Of a DNA stretch of 64,000 nt, positions 51,206 to 64,000 are shown piece by piece (position 1 is the stretch's first letter; each line of letters begins with the position of its first letter). The notes under the pieces are model-generated. The model saw only the letters and a list, made by a program, of their open reading frames with translations, was not told where the DNA came from and ran no database searches. The position numbers were made by a program, and so were the translations under genes. Origin of the DNA: Harriotta raleighana. Taxonomy: Eukaryota. Location: the NCBI GenBank assembly GCA_050575255.1, contig JBNZDD010013686.1, positions 4,026,801-4,090,800 on the forward strand, in the 5' to 3' direction.

Positions 51206-52859
51206 AAGCGAGCAGATTTCAAACTAGCAAATATGCTTCACCAACATTTTTTTTTAAAAAAAGATGCCCTTACAAATCATGTCCATCAGAAGCGACTGAT
51301 TGCTGTAGAGTTTGCATTATTAGAGTCTGATAGGGAGCTGTATTTTTCTTTTAAAGACATCCCTGATGCCTTTTGTCCACAGCAGGGAAGAGTAAATCAC
51401 AAGGGCTGTCAGTGCATTATTACACGGCATCATTTAGTATTTAAGTAGCCTCTTTCCTGTAAGAAGGCTTCTTGGTGCATTAAATATGTACGAGTTCTCC
51501 TAAACATACTGAAAGAAACATAATTTTTCAAGTTACACGGCAGCAAATTCTTTGAAAACTTTGTGCACAATGCACCGCACATTCGTACAGTGATATGAAA
51601 AGGAAAAGTGTTTTCTTTTATACAAAATGTTTGAAAGAACTTACAAAGTCGAAGGTGATGACCCATGGAAAATCCTGTCAGTTTAGAGACAAATTGGATG
51701 AATGTAAGATCTGACAGCTCTGTAGGGAAATGACTCATTTAAATTCTGTTTCCGTGCACGCAAACATTCAATAACTATTCCAGCGTTTATAAGCACCTCT
51801 GACATTCAGATTAAGATATCATTACAGTTGTGTTTGTCCACACATTTGCTTTGCTCTCCTTTACAAGAGATACTAAAATGGAAATGTAATTATGTGAGGT
51901 GCTATTCTATTTACCCTTGTGTTCAAAGGAAGCAAAGCTAGGTCTGAATGTCAGTCAAGACTAGAATTTGTATTTGGGATCTCTGACTGTAATCTATCTT
52001 ATCAATATAGTGAGCAACTTACTTCTTTCTGAACCCATGATTTTAAAAAAACTTATCAAGTTAGTTAATTTTCTTTGTTTTGAAAGTGATGGGAATCTTA
52101 AAACTGCACCATGAAAAAGACAAGCAACAACACTTGATCAATATTACAAACAGGATCAGAAAAAAGAGAGGTAATTATCCATAAAATTGGTATCACACAA
52201 TATTGGCTTTATAAGGCGATAAGAAAAATAACAGATGTTTCCCTCTCAATAAAATGTAGTAGATCTAGAGTAAGAGGAAGTTGTGGAACTGTGCATTTTA
52301 CATTAGATTTATCTAACCTTACAATATAAAGTCTGCCTTGCCACCTGCAATGGAACCACTACTTGTTGTCTTGCCTTTCAACTAGGATGGAGTTCACCTA
52401 AGGAAGTTGTGAGGTTTTGCAGTGATGTTAATTTTCCACACAAAATATGATCAAATAAGCAGCACAGTTTTAATTTCCTCTGGGCTGTAGCCAAGCGCGT
52501 GCTTTCTGCACAAATATCTACTTTGTGATCGAAGAAGATAACACAGATGGAAATAGAGAAAAGCCAAATGTTGCAGAAACAATACTGGTCAGTTTTATTG
52601 CCCCTGGTTTTGTCATTTAGCCAAAATTGAAACGGATTCTTGTTGCTTTTTAAAAAGTTATTATTGCTATGAAATTATCCCCAGCTTTATGAAATCTGTC
52701 TTCCAAGTGGGAATCTTGGGTTCAATTTAAATAATTTTTGCACCTGGTATTTTGAAGCTTTGTTTTCACTTAAAATAAAAGTTTCTTTTTATTTGATTAT
52801 TATTTTCTCTAATGTTTTCTTTTCTCAGCACCCACCCACTCCCCATTATATATGCTCTC

Positions 52860-53175
52860 TGCTCCTGGTCTTGTCTCCTAATGCTGGAGTGTGGATCCAG
52901 GGCACTAGTTACTTTGTGCTATCCCACCCAAGGACCCAACCGTCATGTGTGATTCTAGGTTTCTTTTAAGTGACCTCTTCCCCACTTGTCTGTCTGCCTG
53001 TCTATCACTCATACAGAGTAAAGGGATGCTTTATAGGACCAGTAGCAGGAACTTTGGCATGTTTCCTCCTCCCAGCACCTCAGAAAGGCCAGAATTACTT
53101 CAGCTGCACCATTCAGCCCTGGCTAACACCAGCAAACCGAGCATTGGACCAGGATTTGAATCTGGTCTGTAAGCT
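52860..53175 (-). mobile_element. Old tRNA-SINE of a third family
   Basis: Reverse strand ccagattcaaatcctggtcc (B-box-like)...tgctcggtttgctggtgttagccagggc...gggaggaggaaacatgccaaagttcctgctac resembles a shark SINE body I recall; no other copy recognised in the window. Confidence 0.45.
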
Positions 53176-56100
53176 ACAGCTTTAATGCATTATTTCTAAA
53201 GTGATCTCTTAGTTGGGAAATTCAGAAACCCATTATACCAAGTTGTGGGAATACAAGTAGAATTCCATAGTGGAATCCTCACTGCACCCAAGGATTGAGC
53301 ACCTGTACCAGCGGGAAGGTTCCTGACTCAGTACAGGCACGTTACAGACCATTACAATCAAATCAACCTCATTTGACTTTCCAAGGAATATCAGGCATTA
53401 CATCCCTTAAGAAAATAAAACCAATGTAAGAGGCTTTATAAACTAATGACCAGCACAAATTTGATGTATGACTCAACATCAGTAGTTTACCAAAGAAAAT
53501 AAACTGTCTGATCTTGGGCATTATTCCTCGCTTGTTCAGGAAAAGGAGGACTGCAAGAAGATTGTTTCAAGTGCAATTAGTTGAAACTGCCAAGAAGTCA
53601 TTTCACTTGTCAACCAGAGAGAGTGTCAATTCAAATGATTCATTTTGAGTGTTAATTGAAAGTGTACTCCACAACATTATGAAGGGAATGAGCAGCATTA
53701 AAATCTATCATTAACCGCATAAAATGAACAAGAAGATGGCATGTTTCTTATGTCTGAGACTATCTAATGAGGAGAAAACTACTTGAACTTAACGAGTATG
53801 ATTTTTTTTTAAATAAACACTTTTTGCCAGGTTTACCCTGATTGTTGGCAGAACACAGAGGTTCTGTTTTCTAAAAGGCAGCTTCACTGGTTTGAATCAT
53901 ATAAAGAAAAAAAAGACATAAAACCAGAGTTGAGTGAGGTAAGTTATTACACATGTATGTTGCAGCTGCACAAGATCCATAAAATAATATATATTTTTGC
54001 CAGATCAACCTCGGCACTAATTCAAACAAATTGTGAAGTGAATTATTGGCCAGATGTTAATTAGTGAGATACTTCTATCTACATGAAATGGGAACAGTAT
54101 TGCAAGGAATATGTTCTGGGATATAGATTTTATGAGGATCAATTGTCTCTAACCTCTAACGTATTTTAAGGTGTCCAGTACTGTTGCTCAGAATCCCCCT
54201 GATATTCCCCAGGGGTATTTGTCACAAAGTTGGACATTTGTGTAGTTTGTGTACTTTACTAAATGTATCGGTAAATATCTTTCCTGATGTATTCAAGTCG
54301 TGAGCATTCATCTTTGCAAAACAAAGGAAATGCATTATATCTGCTCCAATTGTTTCATAATCCATATAGATAGTGAACTTTAAAGGACAGTAGCTTCACA
54401 ATGGATTAGACAGATGAAATAATTCACAATGTGTCATGATATGTGTTTGTGCTGACGATAGGTTGAAAACGAAACATTTCAAAATCAATTTAGCAAGATG
54501 TCAATGCTATCTAGCGGTCCATTATCTAACTTATAGCTCCTAGCAAGAAAGTAGACAAGAGTAAAGGTTGAAGGACATGACTCTGGCATTTTGTGTGTAA
54601 CAGCAAATCTAAACTACCTTGGGTTTTGCAATAAAATTGTTTTATATCTTAATCTAGATCTGATTTTTATAAAGATTACACCAAGAGTTTATTGTGGCAA
54701 ATTCAATCCTCTTCTATGTTTATAGTTACTAAACAGATGATCCAGATTAGTAGGATCTGGTCTCCCTAATGCACAGTTGTTGGTAGAACAGCAACAGAGG
54801 AAAATAAAGCAGAAAGAGCTTTTAAAGTGTCATATTGAGATTTGCCTATTTACTGCAACTATTGGAAAGGAGATGTTTTAATTAATTATCCATAAAATAT
54901 TTAATTTACTACATTACTTAATTTACTACTAATTTAGCTACAGTTATTAATCAACTGCTTAGCTGTATTACGCCTCTGGTGTACATATTTATATTGATGT
55001 AAGAGGGAAAATATAATGCCACTGACAGGCATGACAGCATTTGAGAAATTAGATATGACAGTGCCAGTAAACACATTTAGTAATTCTAAGGTGTGGGTGG
55101 GAAAGATATGTGTCACAAAACTTCAGATGTTCTACTTTCATGCACAAATGTGCAACAATATTTGCACAGTTGACTTTCTACAGAATAAAATAAAGGTAAT
55201 TAAATAATATGGGTAAATCCACCATATTAGCAGAAAGGTCATATCATTTTTTCTCACATAATTTTGCAGAACACTGGGGAGTACAGTGTAGTTGGCGTAT
55301 ACAATGGTAACCAAATACTGTATGTCTTGACCTGAGGTTATGTACCGTCAGGCTCTGTTTAAAGTGACTGAGATCACATGAAACCACTCTAGTTCCTATA
55401 GGAATTATATTAGTGCGGATTTAATTAGTCTGCACAAAATATGCCACAAACAGCCATAAATAGGGTCAAGTTACAGAATTTTAATTGATCACCTTTAACT
55501 GTACAGGTTCTGCAACCACCAACCAGTCACTAATCCAAATCGCAGGAATAACAAAAAGAGTGGGTAGTATATGTTTGTCAAGATCAAATGTCTCTTTCTT
55601 TCAGCGAGGATCAGAATGCTCCATTTGGGAGTGAGAACTAAGGCTGTGGTGGGTGAGAGAGTGATTGGAGACCATCAAATAATGGGAGACATTTCAAGTG
55701 CTGTCAGTGTTTCAATGGTTTCCTATTTGGGACCATTGGCAACTGTAGTTAGTTACTGAGGAACCAACTCCAGACCCAGCTGAGTGAAGCTACACAAGTC
55801 TGTTCTGAGAACAGGAAACCTGTCTCTTTCAGTTATATATGTGCACAAGAGATGACAAAGGAGTGAGATTTACAATTAAAAAGAGTAAGGTAGTTTGCCA
55901 ACCAATCTGAACATATAGAGCAGAGTACAGTATATATTTTTTTGAATGCAATGCATCAAAAGCAGTAAAAAAAAATGTTTTTAACTTTGTACTGTAATAG
56001 GAATACCTGACAGGTTACTGACATGGTTTTAAAAATACAATTTTTTTGCTTAAACAACAAGCCTTTCAAATTCATTAGCGGTGACATTCTGAAAATCATA

Positions 56101-56560
56101 ATTGCATTCATCTGCTTTACAGAAGCTTCTATTTTAGCGTGCGATATTTATTCATTTAGGATAACAGCCGGAATGTGATGAAGGAAACCTCAATTTAAAT
56201 TCAGTGGCCATCTGCGAATAACACTCTATAATTGTCGCTATTACGGGAGTTCTGAAATCAAAATGCAGAACTCAAGCACAGTGTGAACGAACAAAACATT
56301 TCAACATTAATCGCTCGATGATTAAATGGTGATTTTAAAACTATTATTAATTGCATCAAAATATTTCCGAGAGAATACAGAGAAATGTATGTTTGCAACA
56401 CGCCTCGAATATAAATGATCTTTTATCAAACAACCTGTGCTGGTGTCAGTTCGTGTGTGGTAATGTAACCATATGGTTCACAAATATAACTGATAGTATT
56501 TTCCACATACTATTAACCCCTGGATTAACATATGATGATCAAAATACCAATTAAGCTTCC

Positions 56561-56596
56561 CTGTAGTCAGATCTGAATTGGCAGATCTGACTACAG
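56561..56596. repeat. Perfect 15-bp inverted repeat with 6-nt loop
   Basis: CTGTAGTCAGATCTG-aattgg-CAGATCTGACTACAG. Confidence 0.9.
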
Positions 56597-57265
56597 TAAG
56601 ACAGACTGCTATTCTCTGCACTTCAGGACCTTGTAATCAATGAGGATGGAAAGTCACAAATGAAGTGGGTTGAAAGCATATTGTGCAGCACTCAGAATCT
56701 CACTATGAATGTACATTTCACAGAGATTTCAGTGAGTGAATATTTCTTTTGGTGACCAATGGCTTGTAACCATTGGCTTGTAACTAGAGGGAGAATAGAG
56801 GATAAAAATAATCTGTGTGTTTGAAATTGCGCCTTTCGTGTCTGGAGGACATCTCAAAGGGTTAGTTGTAAAATGTAGAGACTGCAGTGTGTATTTGATG
56901 CCACTCCATCGTTGGCTAGTTGGTTGGCCTCTGAATTTAGATTTAATGGCAAACCACCCTTAAATCCTCGTAAACCTTGGGAAATATAAACTCTTCCCAA
57001 TTTAGAAATATGGCTGTATAACACCTAACAAGTTTTCTGAATTGGGATTTGCTTGAAAAGGCAAAACATAATTCAGATATCTGTCATCTTCTCAGGGTGA
57101 GGTCACCATATTTTTGGGGGTCAACGTGGAGTCCCATATCTTTTTGAGAGATATCTGTCTGGTTGTGGGTTCAAGCCTTGCTGTTTACACCCTACTTAAT
57201 CCACAAATCATGTCAGAACTTCAATAAATACAAGATGTATTGCAAAGAGAAGCACTAACATGATC

Positions 57266-57951
57266 AAGCAATATTTCAGCTGTTGGTGCACATCAGGAAA
57301 GTTTTCTGTCGAAAATAGACAGAACATTTCTGGTGTAGTAAATGTTATGTGAATCAGCCATAAAGAGACGCATCAACGTTCATATTTCAGAGGGGAATGT
57401 GAGCCACACACAGGCCAAGAGAATGACAAATTTCAGCTGCTTGCACCAGAAGGAAATGCCTGACAGTGACTAGTGAAATGCATGCAAATAAAATTGAGGG
57501 AATTATTACTTTGTCGGTAAAACCCAAATGCTGAACGCAGATGTCTTTCCAAAAAAACAGTATGGAGAACTTCTGTTGTGGTGTCCTGTAGCTCAGTGGA
57601 TAGAGCACTCGCCTTGCAAGTGAGAGATCTGGGTTCGATTCCAGGCAGGACCTGGGCAAATTTCCTTGATAATAATCTGTCAAGAAAAAAAATTAATTAG
57701 TCACTTCAATCCATGACTGTTTGTGGGACACTTCTGTGCGCAATTCACTGCCACATTTCATCCACAAATATACAGTCAATTCAGTTTACAGTATATTCTG
57801 TGAAGCGTTTTGAGACGTCTAGAAGATGTTTGGCAATTGCTTGAAAAGCAATATTTTAGCTGTTGGTGCACATCAGGAACATTTCTGGTGTAGTAAATGT
57901 TAATGTGAATCAGCCATAAAGAGACACATCAACGTTCATATTTCACAGGGG
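57266..57951 (+). repeat. Dispersed direct repeat (57266-57395 and 57846-57951)
   Basis: aagcaatatt..agctgttggtgcacatcaggaa...catttctggtgtagtaaatgtt...catcaacgttcatatttca.agggg occurs twice; copy 2 lacks ~25 nt; no N nearby. Confidence 0.9.
57578..57829 (+). mobile_element. tRNA-SINE with intact head, 3' tail truncated
   Basis: A box TAGCTCAGTGG, B box GGTTCGATTCC, family body; stops at gagacgtctagaagatgt without the (tta)n tail. Confidence 0.92.
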
Positions 57952-60867
57952 CGCTGTTTAAAATTGCTCAAAATACAAAAAAGGCGAATGAAAAACAACA
58001 GCGGCAATGTAACATGACTTTTTTTTACGAAAAAAAGACAAAAATGCACTCAGTTGCCATCTTGGCAAAGCAATAAAATGAACCAGCAACCAAAGTATCC
58101 CAGAATACTGCTCAAACCAACCAAAAGTTTTTACCTTGTGGAGATTAATTTGTGTGAATTGTATCTACAATACTGTATCTACAAATGTAATGAAAACCAC
58201 ATACAACAAACTGAAAAATAGGAGTACTACACATGAACGGGCGATTTACTAGTTACTGTATTTTGTTGACCCTTTCAATGCTTACTCATGTGTTCTTCTG
58301 TATTTCCATAAAGGGTGGGAAAATTCCGCATTGAAAGTTGTGATCAGTGGCTGCACTCACGGCCTCAGAGCCGGAATGACTCTCCAGACACTTTAAATGA
58401 TGTGTTGTTTGGTGGTCCTCTCAACATGGGCATCATTCTGCTTGCTGAGAGTGCCCTTACTCTGCCTGTTTGAAGCTACAGCTGTTAAAATGATGCTGCA
58501 GAATGTACCATGTTGGAAAAAATAACAGGTTGTGGTACTGGTGATTTTGCCTCATGGGGTGATACGATTGAGCTTTTGGAGATTGATAGAATATCGTCTC
58601 TGGAAAATCTCATGATGTCGGTTGATGTGTAGAAACAGCTTTTGTTTACCAATGTAACAAAGTAATTAATTGACGTGATTGTATAGACTTAGAAAATGAG
58701 TCATAGATCAACTAACATGAAGCTTTTATTTAAGTTTAAATAACTGCCTGAACTGAATACTAATTGATATATTTATGTAACAAGCAGCATGCTTTGTACA
58801 AATCACAGGCACTCTGAAATATTTAGTTGAATTGCAGATGATCTGGCCAACATCTATCCACCAACTCCCACCGAATATTGCCTGTGAACAAGTTCAACTA
58901 TTGTGTCTTCAGCATATATTACTTCCCTCAGGGTCTATGTCCTTCTCTGATAGATGTATGGTGTCTGAAAGTAATCTTCTTTTTGGCTGTCTATTTGACG
59001 CTACTGATATTTCTTCCCTACATCCTGACAGGTTCTTCTATTGCAGAAATGCATTCAGTCACTGAGCAAACTAAGTCCATGCTTTATTCTAACCTCCGGA
59101 GTTTTGGTGGTACAGTAGCACAATTTGATGGGCTGCCTCTTCAGAACTTCATAAGCAATCAGATCCATTTCCTGCTCAGTAAATTTGGCCTTCCTTAACG
59201 TCTTAACATTTTCCACAGAATGAGATACAAGTATAACCACACAAGAGATACAACAATAACTTGCATTTATATAGCGTCCTTCACACAGAGTAGGGTCCCA
59301 GACTGGTTGAGAGATATAGAGCCCCAGTGTGACACTTCTTTCTTCTTGCTAGTTAAACAAATAATGAAGCCAAATCTTGATTTAGTGCTTCAAACCCACC
59401 CAGCAGTAAATTAAAAAGCTATGGGATCTTAATGAAAAAGATATAGTCTTAAGTTTTAAAATCCTGAATAAATACATTTCATTTCATTCTCAAGTGTTCC
59501 TTGTCACAATGGGTTGGAAAATGTGTTAATGATTATTGTTGTTATTAACATATCACATGTCTCAATTGTCACCCTAATGTCTTGGATGTTATAAAAAGAG
59601 AGAGCAGCATTAAAGTTTTGACAATACGATTTAAGGGGTACTTTCATTGTAAACAATAAATGTCAGAGTTTCAAAACCATTCTGGTTGATCAGGGATTTA
59701 AGCAATTCATTAAATTGCTATAAATGATAACTTAATGCACATCATATAATTTCCTTTATTGTAAGATGTTGAATCATAGCTAAATCTAATTAAGCTCACT
59801 TTTTAAGAACATCATTACAATTTAATTAAATTTGTTAACTTTCCTTTTAAAAGTGTCATTAGTTGTACATTTGCTAGAAGTGTACTTTAATTATGCTGTT
59901 TGTGACAATATAACTTAGCCCTTTTAAAAGGAAGTTAAAGAAATGTGTCATTTAAAAGAAATTGTTTATTAAAAATAGAATGCATGGTTAACTAGTTATC
60001 TTTTTATAAACGTTAATCTGTTCATTTTAGCAGAAAATGAAATAATATTTTTTTAAGCATAAATATATCTAATGCATGATTGAAAACAATATTCTAAAGG
60101 CAATAAGTTTAATGGGAAAGAAATATACTTAACATCATTTTAATGACTTCAATAACGGAGTGTTTAAAAGCACTGATAGAATTAAAATCGTAATATCTTT
60201 ACCTTTAATTAAATAGTGGGCGAGGTGGTAATATTACAATGATAGGTATTTTACATTCTCCAAGTTCAGATTTTTATTGTCTTGATATCCATTTAATATT
60301 TTGTTCGTGATCTTCAGGCAGTGGAAGTGTTTAATGAAGCTAAGAGATGCAAGTGTGGGCTGTTGCAAGCTTTGGCAAGGTGCATTCTGTAGCGGATAAG
60401 ACCAACGACACCTGAAATGGATTGTATTATTGAATATTATTGTATTATTGGGAAGGAAGGTTGATGGTGCTAGCATAGGGGAGAATAAATGTTGAAATGA
60501 AATAAATACATCGAAGAAATCTGCTAGTAATATTTCTTGAAAAATATGTGAAGTAAGTCCCATTGTATATGTACAGTACTTCTCTCTGGTTGAAAGTTAT
60601 TCCCTAGTAGTTAGTGATGGAACAGGATATACATACTGAGACTTTGTTGATGTCTGAGAAGATGTTCAAAGAGAATAAAGTGAATCTGGACACTTGCACT
60701 GTTCACTTGAGATTTTTACAGCATATTAATTTTTTTCACATATCTTGCTTTTCCATTAGCTTTTCTTTATATTGCAAACTTTGACTCATTTTTTTATGTG
60801 GTTATATTTAATTGCTTACAAAGCAAACAAAGTTATTAATGTGGGACTAAACACAATGGTTTTACTC

Positions 60868-61018
60868 TTATGGATAAAGGGATTAAGGGATATGGGGATA
60901 AAGTGGGTACGTGGAGTTAGATTAGAAGATCAGACATGATTTTATTGAAAGGTGGGACAGGCTCGAGGGGCTGAATGGCCTACTCCAGCTCCTCATTCTT
61001 ATGTTCTTATGTTCTTAT
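60868..61018 (+). mobile_element. CR1 (HER1-like) LINE 3' end
   Basis: gggatatgggga...gatcagacatgat...ggctcgaggggctgaatggcctactccagctcc plus (ttcttatg)n terminal repeat typical of chondrichthyan CR1/HE1. Confidence 0.88.
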
Positions 61019-62529
61019 TCCTCTCTTGTCAGTTGATTTACCAACCATGCTGCCGTCTACTTATCCTGGGAGTTTACCATTTTTCATCACCTAACAAGAT
61101 TCCCATTCTCAGTCTCGGCATTCGATTTGGAAATCTTGGAATTTGATTTGGAAATTTGTTGAGATTAATTTGGTTTTATGTGCCTTTGAATGACAACTCA
61201 GTACTTTAAAAACAGTTGTACAGTCTTGCTGAGGAGCTGCCTCATTGATCTAAATAGTTCTACAGAAATAACACACATCCAGATTTATCTGCAAGTGAGT
61301 AATTAGATGCCTATGTGGCTCTGAATGATGTCTACATTTTGTCAGTTTTCACACCAAGTGTCATTTGTGGCACCTATGAAGCTTGACAGACAACTCCTGA
61401 CAGGTGAGTTGTAGTTGGATGACAAGAGTGAATGTCTGCATTTGCCTAAGCAGAAAGCATTTGTCAATCACAGAAAATTGAAAGGATATAATAAGTGCGG
61501 AATGCGATTCAATAAAGAACAGAGGAAATCGAGATGTAAAGATACTTACTTTTGTAGCAATAGGAAGCCTGGGTTCACATTTAGGAGCAAGCTCATATTT
61601 TTACAAAAAAACTAGAAAGAACTGATGGATTTAGAACAGCAAGTCCTTGGTACGTATGGCATCAGTCTACTTTGCTATACACATTCCTCTTGCACTATAT
61701 AAATGTAAGCATTATTATATTGTTCCTTGTGTCCAGACCTTCTCTAATTATAAGTATCCATAGGCAATTACAACCAAAGTCACAGCGACCGCAGTTAGAT
61801 TATCTACACATCATCCTAAATAGGCAGAGTATTGTACCACAAAACCATCACACTCAACTCTGCTTCAATAGTGTTTCAACAGCACTTTGGCTTTTTGGAT
61901 TAATCAATAATCCACATGTCACTTCTTATCCTATTACCTGCTTGTACGGATAGTTAACATCTCCTTTACCTGCTGTTTAGTTCTACATTACTTAATGGAA
62001 ACGTTGGAAGGTAACAATGTTTTCTAGCTGAATTTGAACCTAAAGGATTTAAACCAGGCCTATCACTGACATCTCTCTCTCTGCTTCTGTTGGTTTGAAG
62101 TGTTTGAGAGAAACAAAGCTGTTTCAACATGTTCGGATCTGATGTTTCCTTGCTACTCTGGTGTTCTAAGTCTGATCTTGTTATTTCTTACGCCATGCAC
62201 AAGTAACCCTATTCATTAAAATTATACCATATTGTAATGTTTGAAACATAATTTTAATTGATACCATAAGTACAAGGTTGAAGACAGTAGCACAGTTTTT
62301 TTTGTTTAATTTACAGAAGTTTCCCTCAAAAAGATGTGTTCTTGCATGTCTTACTATATACCACCATGCACCTTTGGGATGTGAAATCATACTGTTGTTA
62401 ATTACATTTTAATCAATAGTAAATTGTATCCACTAGATTGGTACCTAACATGATCTAGTGCAGCTTTGAGTTGCTTGCTGTTTTTCCATTAAATCTTATC
62501 ACTTTCACAGAGCTACATTGTTATATTTA

Positions 62530-62815
62530 GTACATCAGGTAATTCCTTTGTTGGGAAGGAAGCTATCCGTTGTTGGACGTGAAACCATTATCTCAGCACT
62601 GGAAGGCAGACATCTTACTGTTAAGCTACTTACTGATGCTCTTTATAGCTTGTTGCTCTAAACTCTTTTAACAATACATGTATTCTCTTGTGGATTTCTG
62701 CTGATAATACATCAAGCCTCTTCCTGGTTAGGAAGTTATCTGCTCTTCAAACTAAAGCCACTATCTCACCACTGGAAGGCACAGTACATACCATTAATCC
62801 ACAAAGCTAATGATG
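62530..62815 (-). repeat. Two diverged ~177-bp-period units, each with a degenerate tRNA/SINE-like head
   Basis: tacatca...ttcct...ggaag.tatc...aa.cca.tatctca.cactggaaggca occurs at ~62531 and ~62708; reverse strand gtagcttaacagtaagatgtctgccttccag resembles the SINE head. Confidence 0.55.
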
Positions 62816-64000
62816 CACTCTGTTGTTAACAGTCGTTGCAGTAAAGCTATTTATTCCCTCTGTTTTATGATGCTGCAATACATCAGATCTTTTCCGTTTA
62901 GTTTGTAATACTATATAATGTATTTTTTTCAGTGTTTCCATTTCCAGCCTTGTACAGTTTAATGTCATGGGTTGTTTTTCTACAATATTCCTGAAACAAT
63001 TTGATAGCTTGTTTGTCAAAACCATTACTGATTCTGGTCTCGCCAGTACCGTCTACCAGCAGATAGGAAACAATTATGAGCTTCAAACTGTAGGAATTTA
63101 ATGTAATCTATAATGAATCTCATCAGAAATATTCAATCTTGATCACATCTCATACCCTTTTAATTTGTAAGGTGCCTGGCTCTTTAAGAAATATTTGTCA
63201 AATGAACGATGACCTAACTTATTATAGAGTGTCAGTTTTGTTAGTGGAATGAAATGTTGTATCCTGCTACAGAATATACTAACATAAGAAATGTAAATTA
63301 GAGGCAATTCAATCCTTGACATTTTTCACCATTTGAGATCCACAAATAAAGAACATCTTAAATGTATTTATCTTCCTCCTTTATATTGCCTGTTCTGTTT
63401 CACAAGACTTCAATACTGTGATTGCAGAGCAATGGCTGTCAGGCAAGCAGCACCATATATTTGAGCTCCCAATGTATCTTGTTTCATATGACCCACCAAT
63501 TTCCCTGGTATTGGGTTTAATACAAGTGAGATTCTTGGTCTAGTTGTTACGCATTCATCCAAGCTCCCATTCTAATGTTATGCATCCATCTGTTTAAGTT
63601 AGCTGGCAGTACATTGGCTATGCATCCATCCTCTGCATTCATATTCACTAGAACTCTCATAGGTCCAAAATGCCTCAGTTCACCAGTGATCCAGAGATGT
63701 TCAATCTGATTCATATCTTGTCATTGTTTCATCTTAAATCAGGTTTTGGATTTAGATCAGTGGATGAGGCAGTTGGAATCAAAACCATAAGGGTGTATAA
63801 ATGTTTGTCTGGACAAACAATGGTGGCAATGTTTTCATGACACACAAATTAGCAAAGTAAATCCAATCTTCTTCTACTGGAAAATTGCTTCTTTCATTTA
63901 AAAGTGAGATGTGGGCACAAACAGTCAGTCGAAATGTGATTGACTGATACAGAAACCTCCTCAACATTTGATGAGAGCATCTGCTGGCTTTAAACCTGCT

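Noticed and set aside
51020-51448. 142-aa ORF
   Set aside because: Non-ATG start, overlaps a SINE head, no recognisable domain.
51799-51954. 12-bp inverted repeat (ctgacattcaga / tctgaatgtcag) as MITE ends
   Set aside because: No clear target-site duplication and no second copy; could be chance.
57582-57652. Bona fide tRNA-Ala(TGC) gene
   Set aside because: Runs directly into a SINE body, has a 1:72 mismatch and a T-stem mismatch, and lacks a Pol III terminator; treated as a SINE head.
11450-64000. Exons of a neighbouring gene (e.g. IDS) or a novel multi-gene or CRISPR-like system
   Set aside because: No ORF shows recognisable host-protein motifs, and the recurring sequences are dispersed SINE/LINE tails rather than regularly spaced repeats. 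Short exons or lncRNAs cannot be excluded by eye.

Overview
This is AT-rich vertebrate genomic DNA, not prokaryotic. The repeat content (Deu-domain and tRNA-headed SINEs with L2-type tails, L2 and CR1/HER1-type LINE fragments) points to a cartilaginous fish, possibly a chimaera such as Callorhinchus; this is inference. The only protein-coding gene I can support is the 3' end of AFF2 (FMR2, AF4/FMR2 family) on the + strand: four GT-AG coding exons (<1-80, 2071-2120, 3320-3543, 5473-5594) encoding the C-terminal homology domain, then a probable ~5.8 kb 3' UTR ending at tandem AATAAA signals near 11408-11426. The remaining ~52 kb looks intergenic: many SINE/LINE fragments, several enhancer-like non-repetitive blocks, and three false tandem duplications at single-N assembly gaps. 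I found no convincing new multi-gene system. The most notable observations are nested inverted transposon pairs bracketing the last AFF2 exons, a paralog-like (probably ancestral) AFF2 linker, a fold-back duplication junction that truncates a SINE, and a SINE head that still folds as a near-complete tRNA cloverleaf. Repeat boundaries are approximate and were read by eye.
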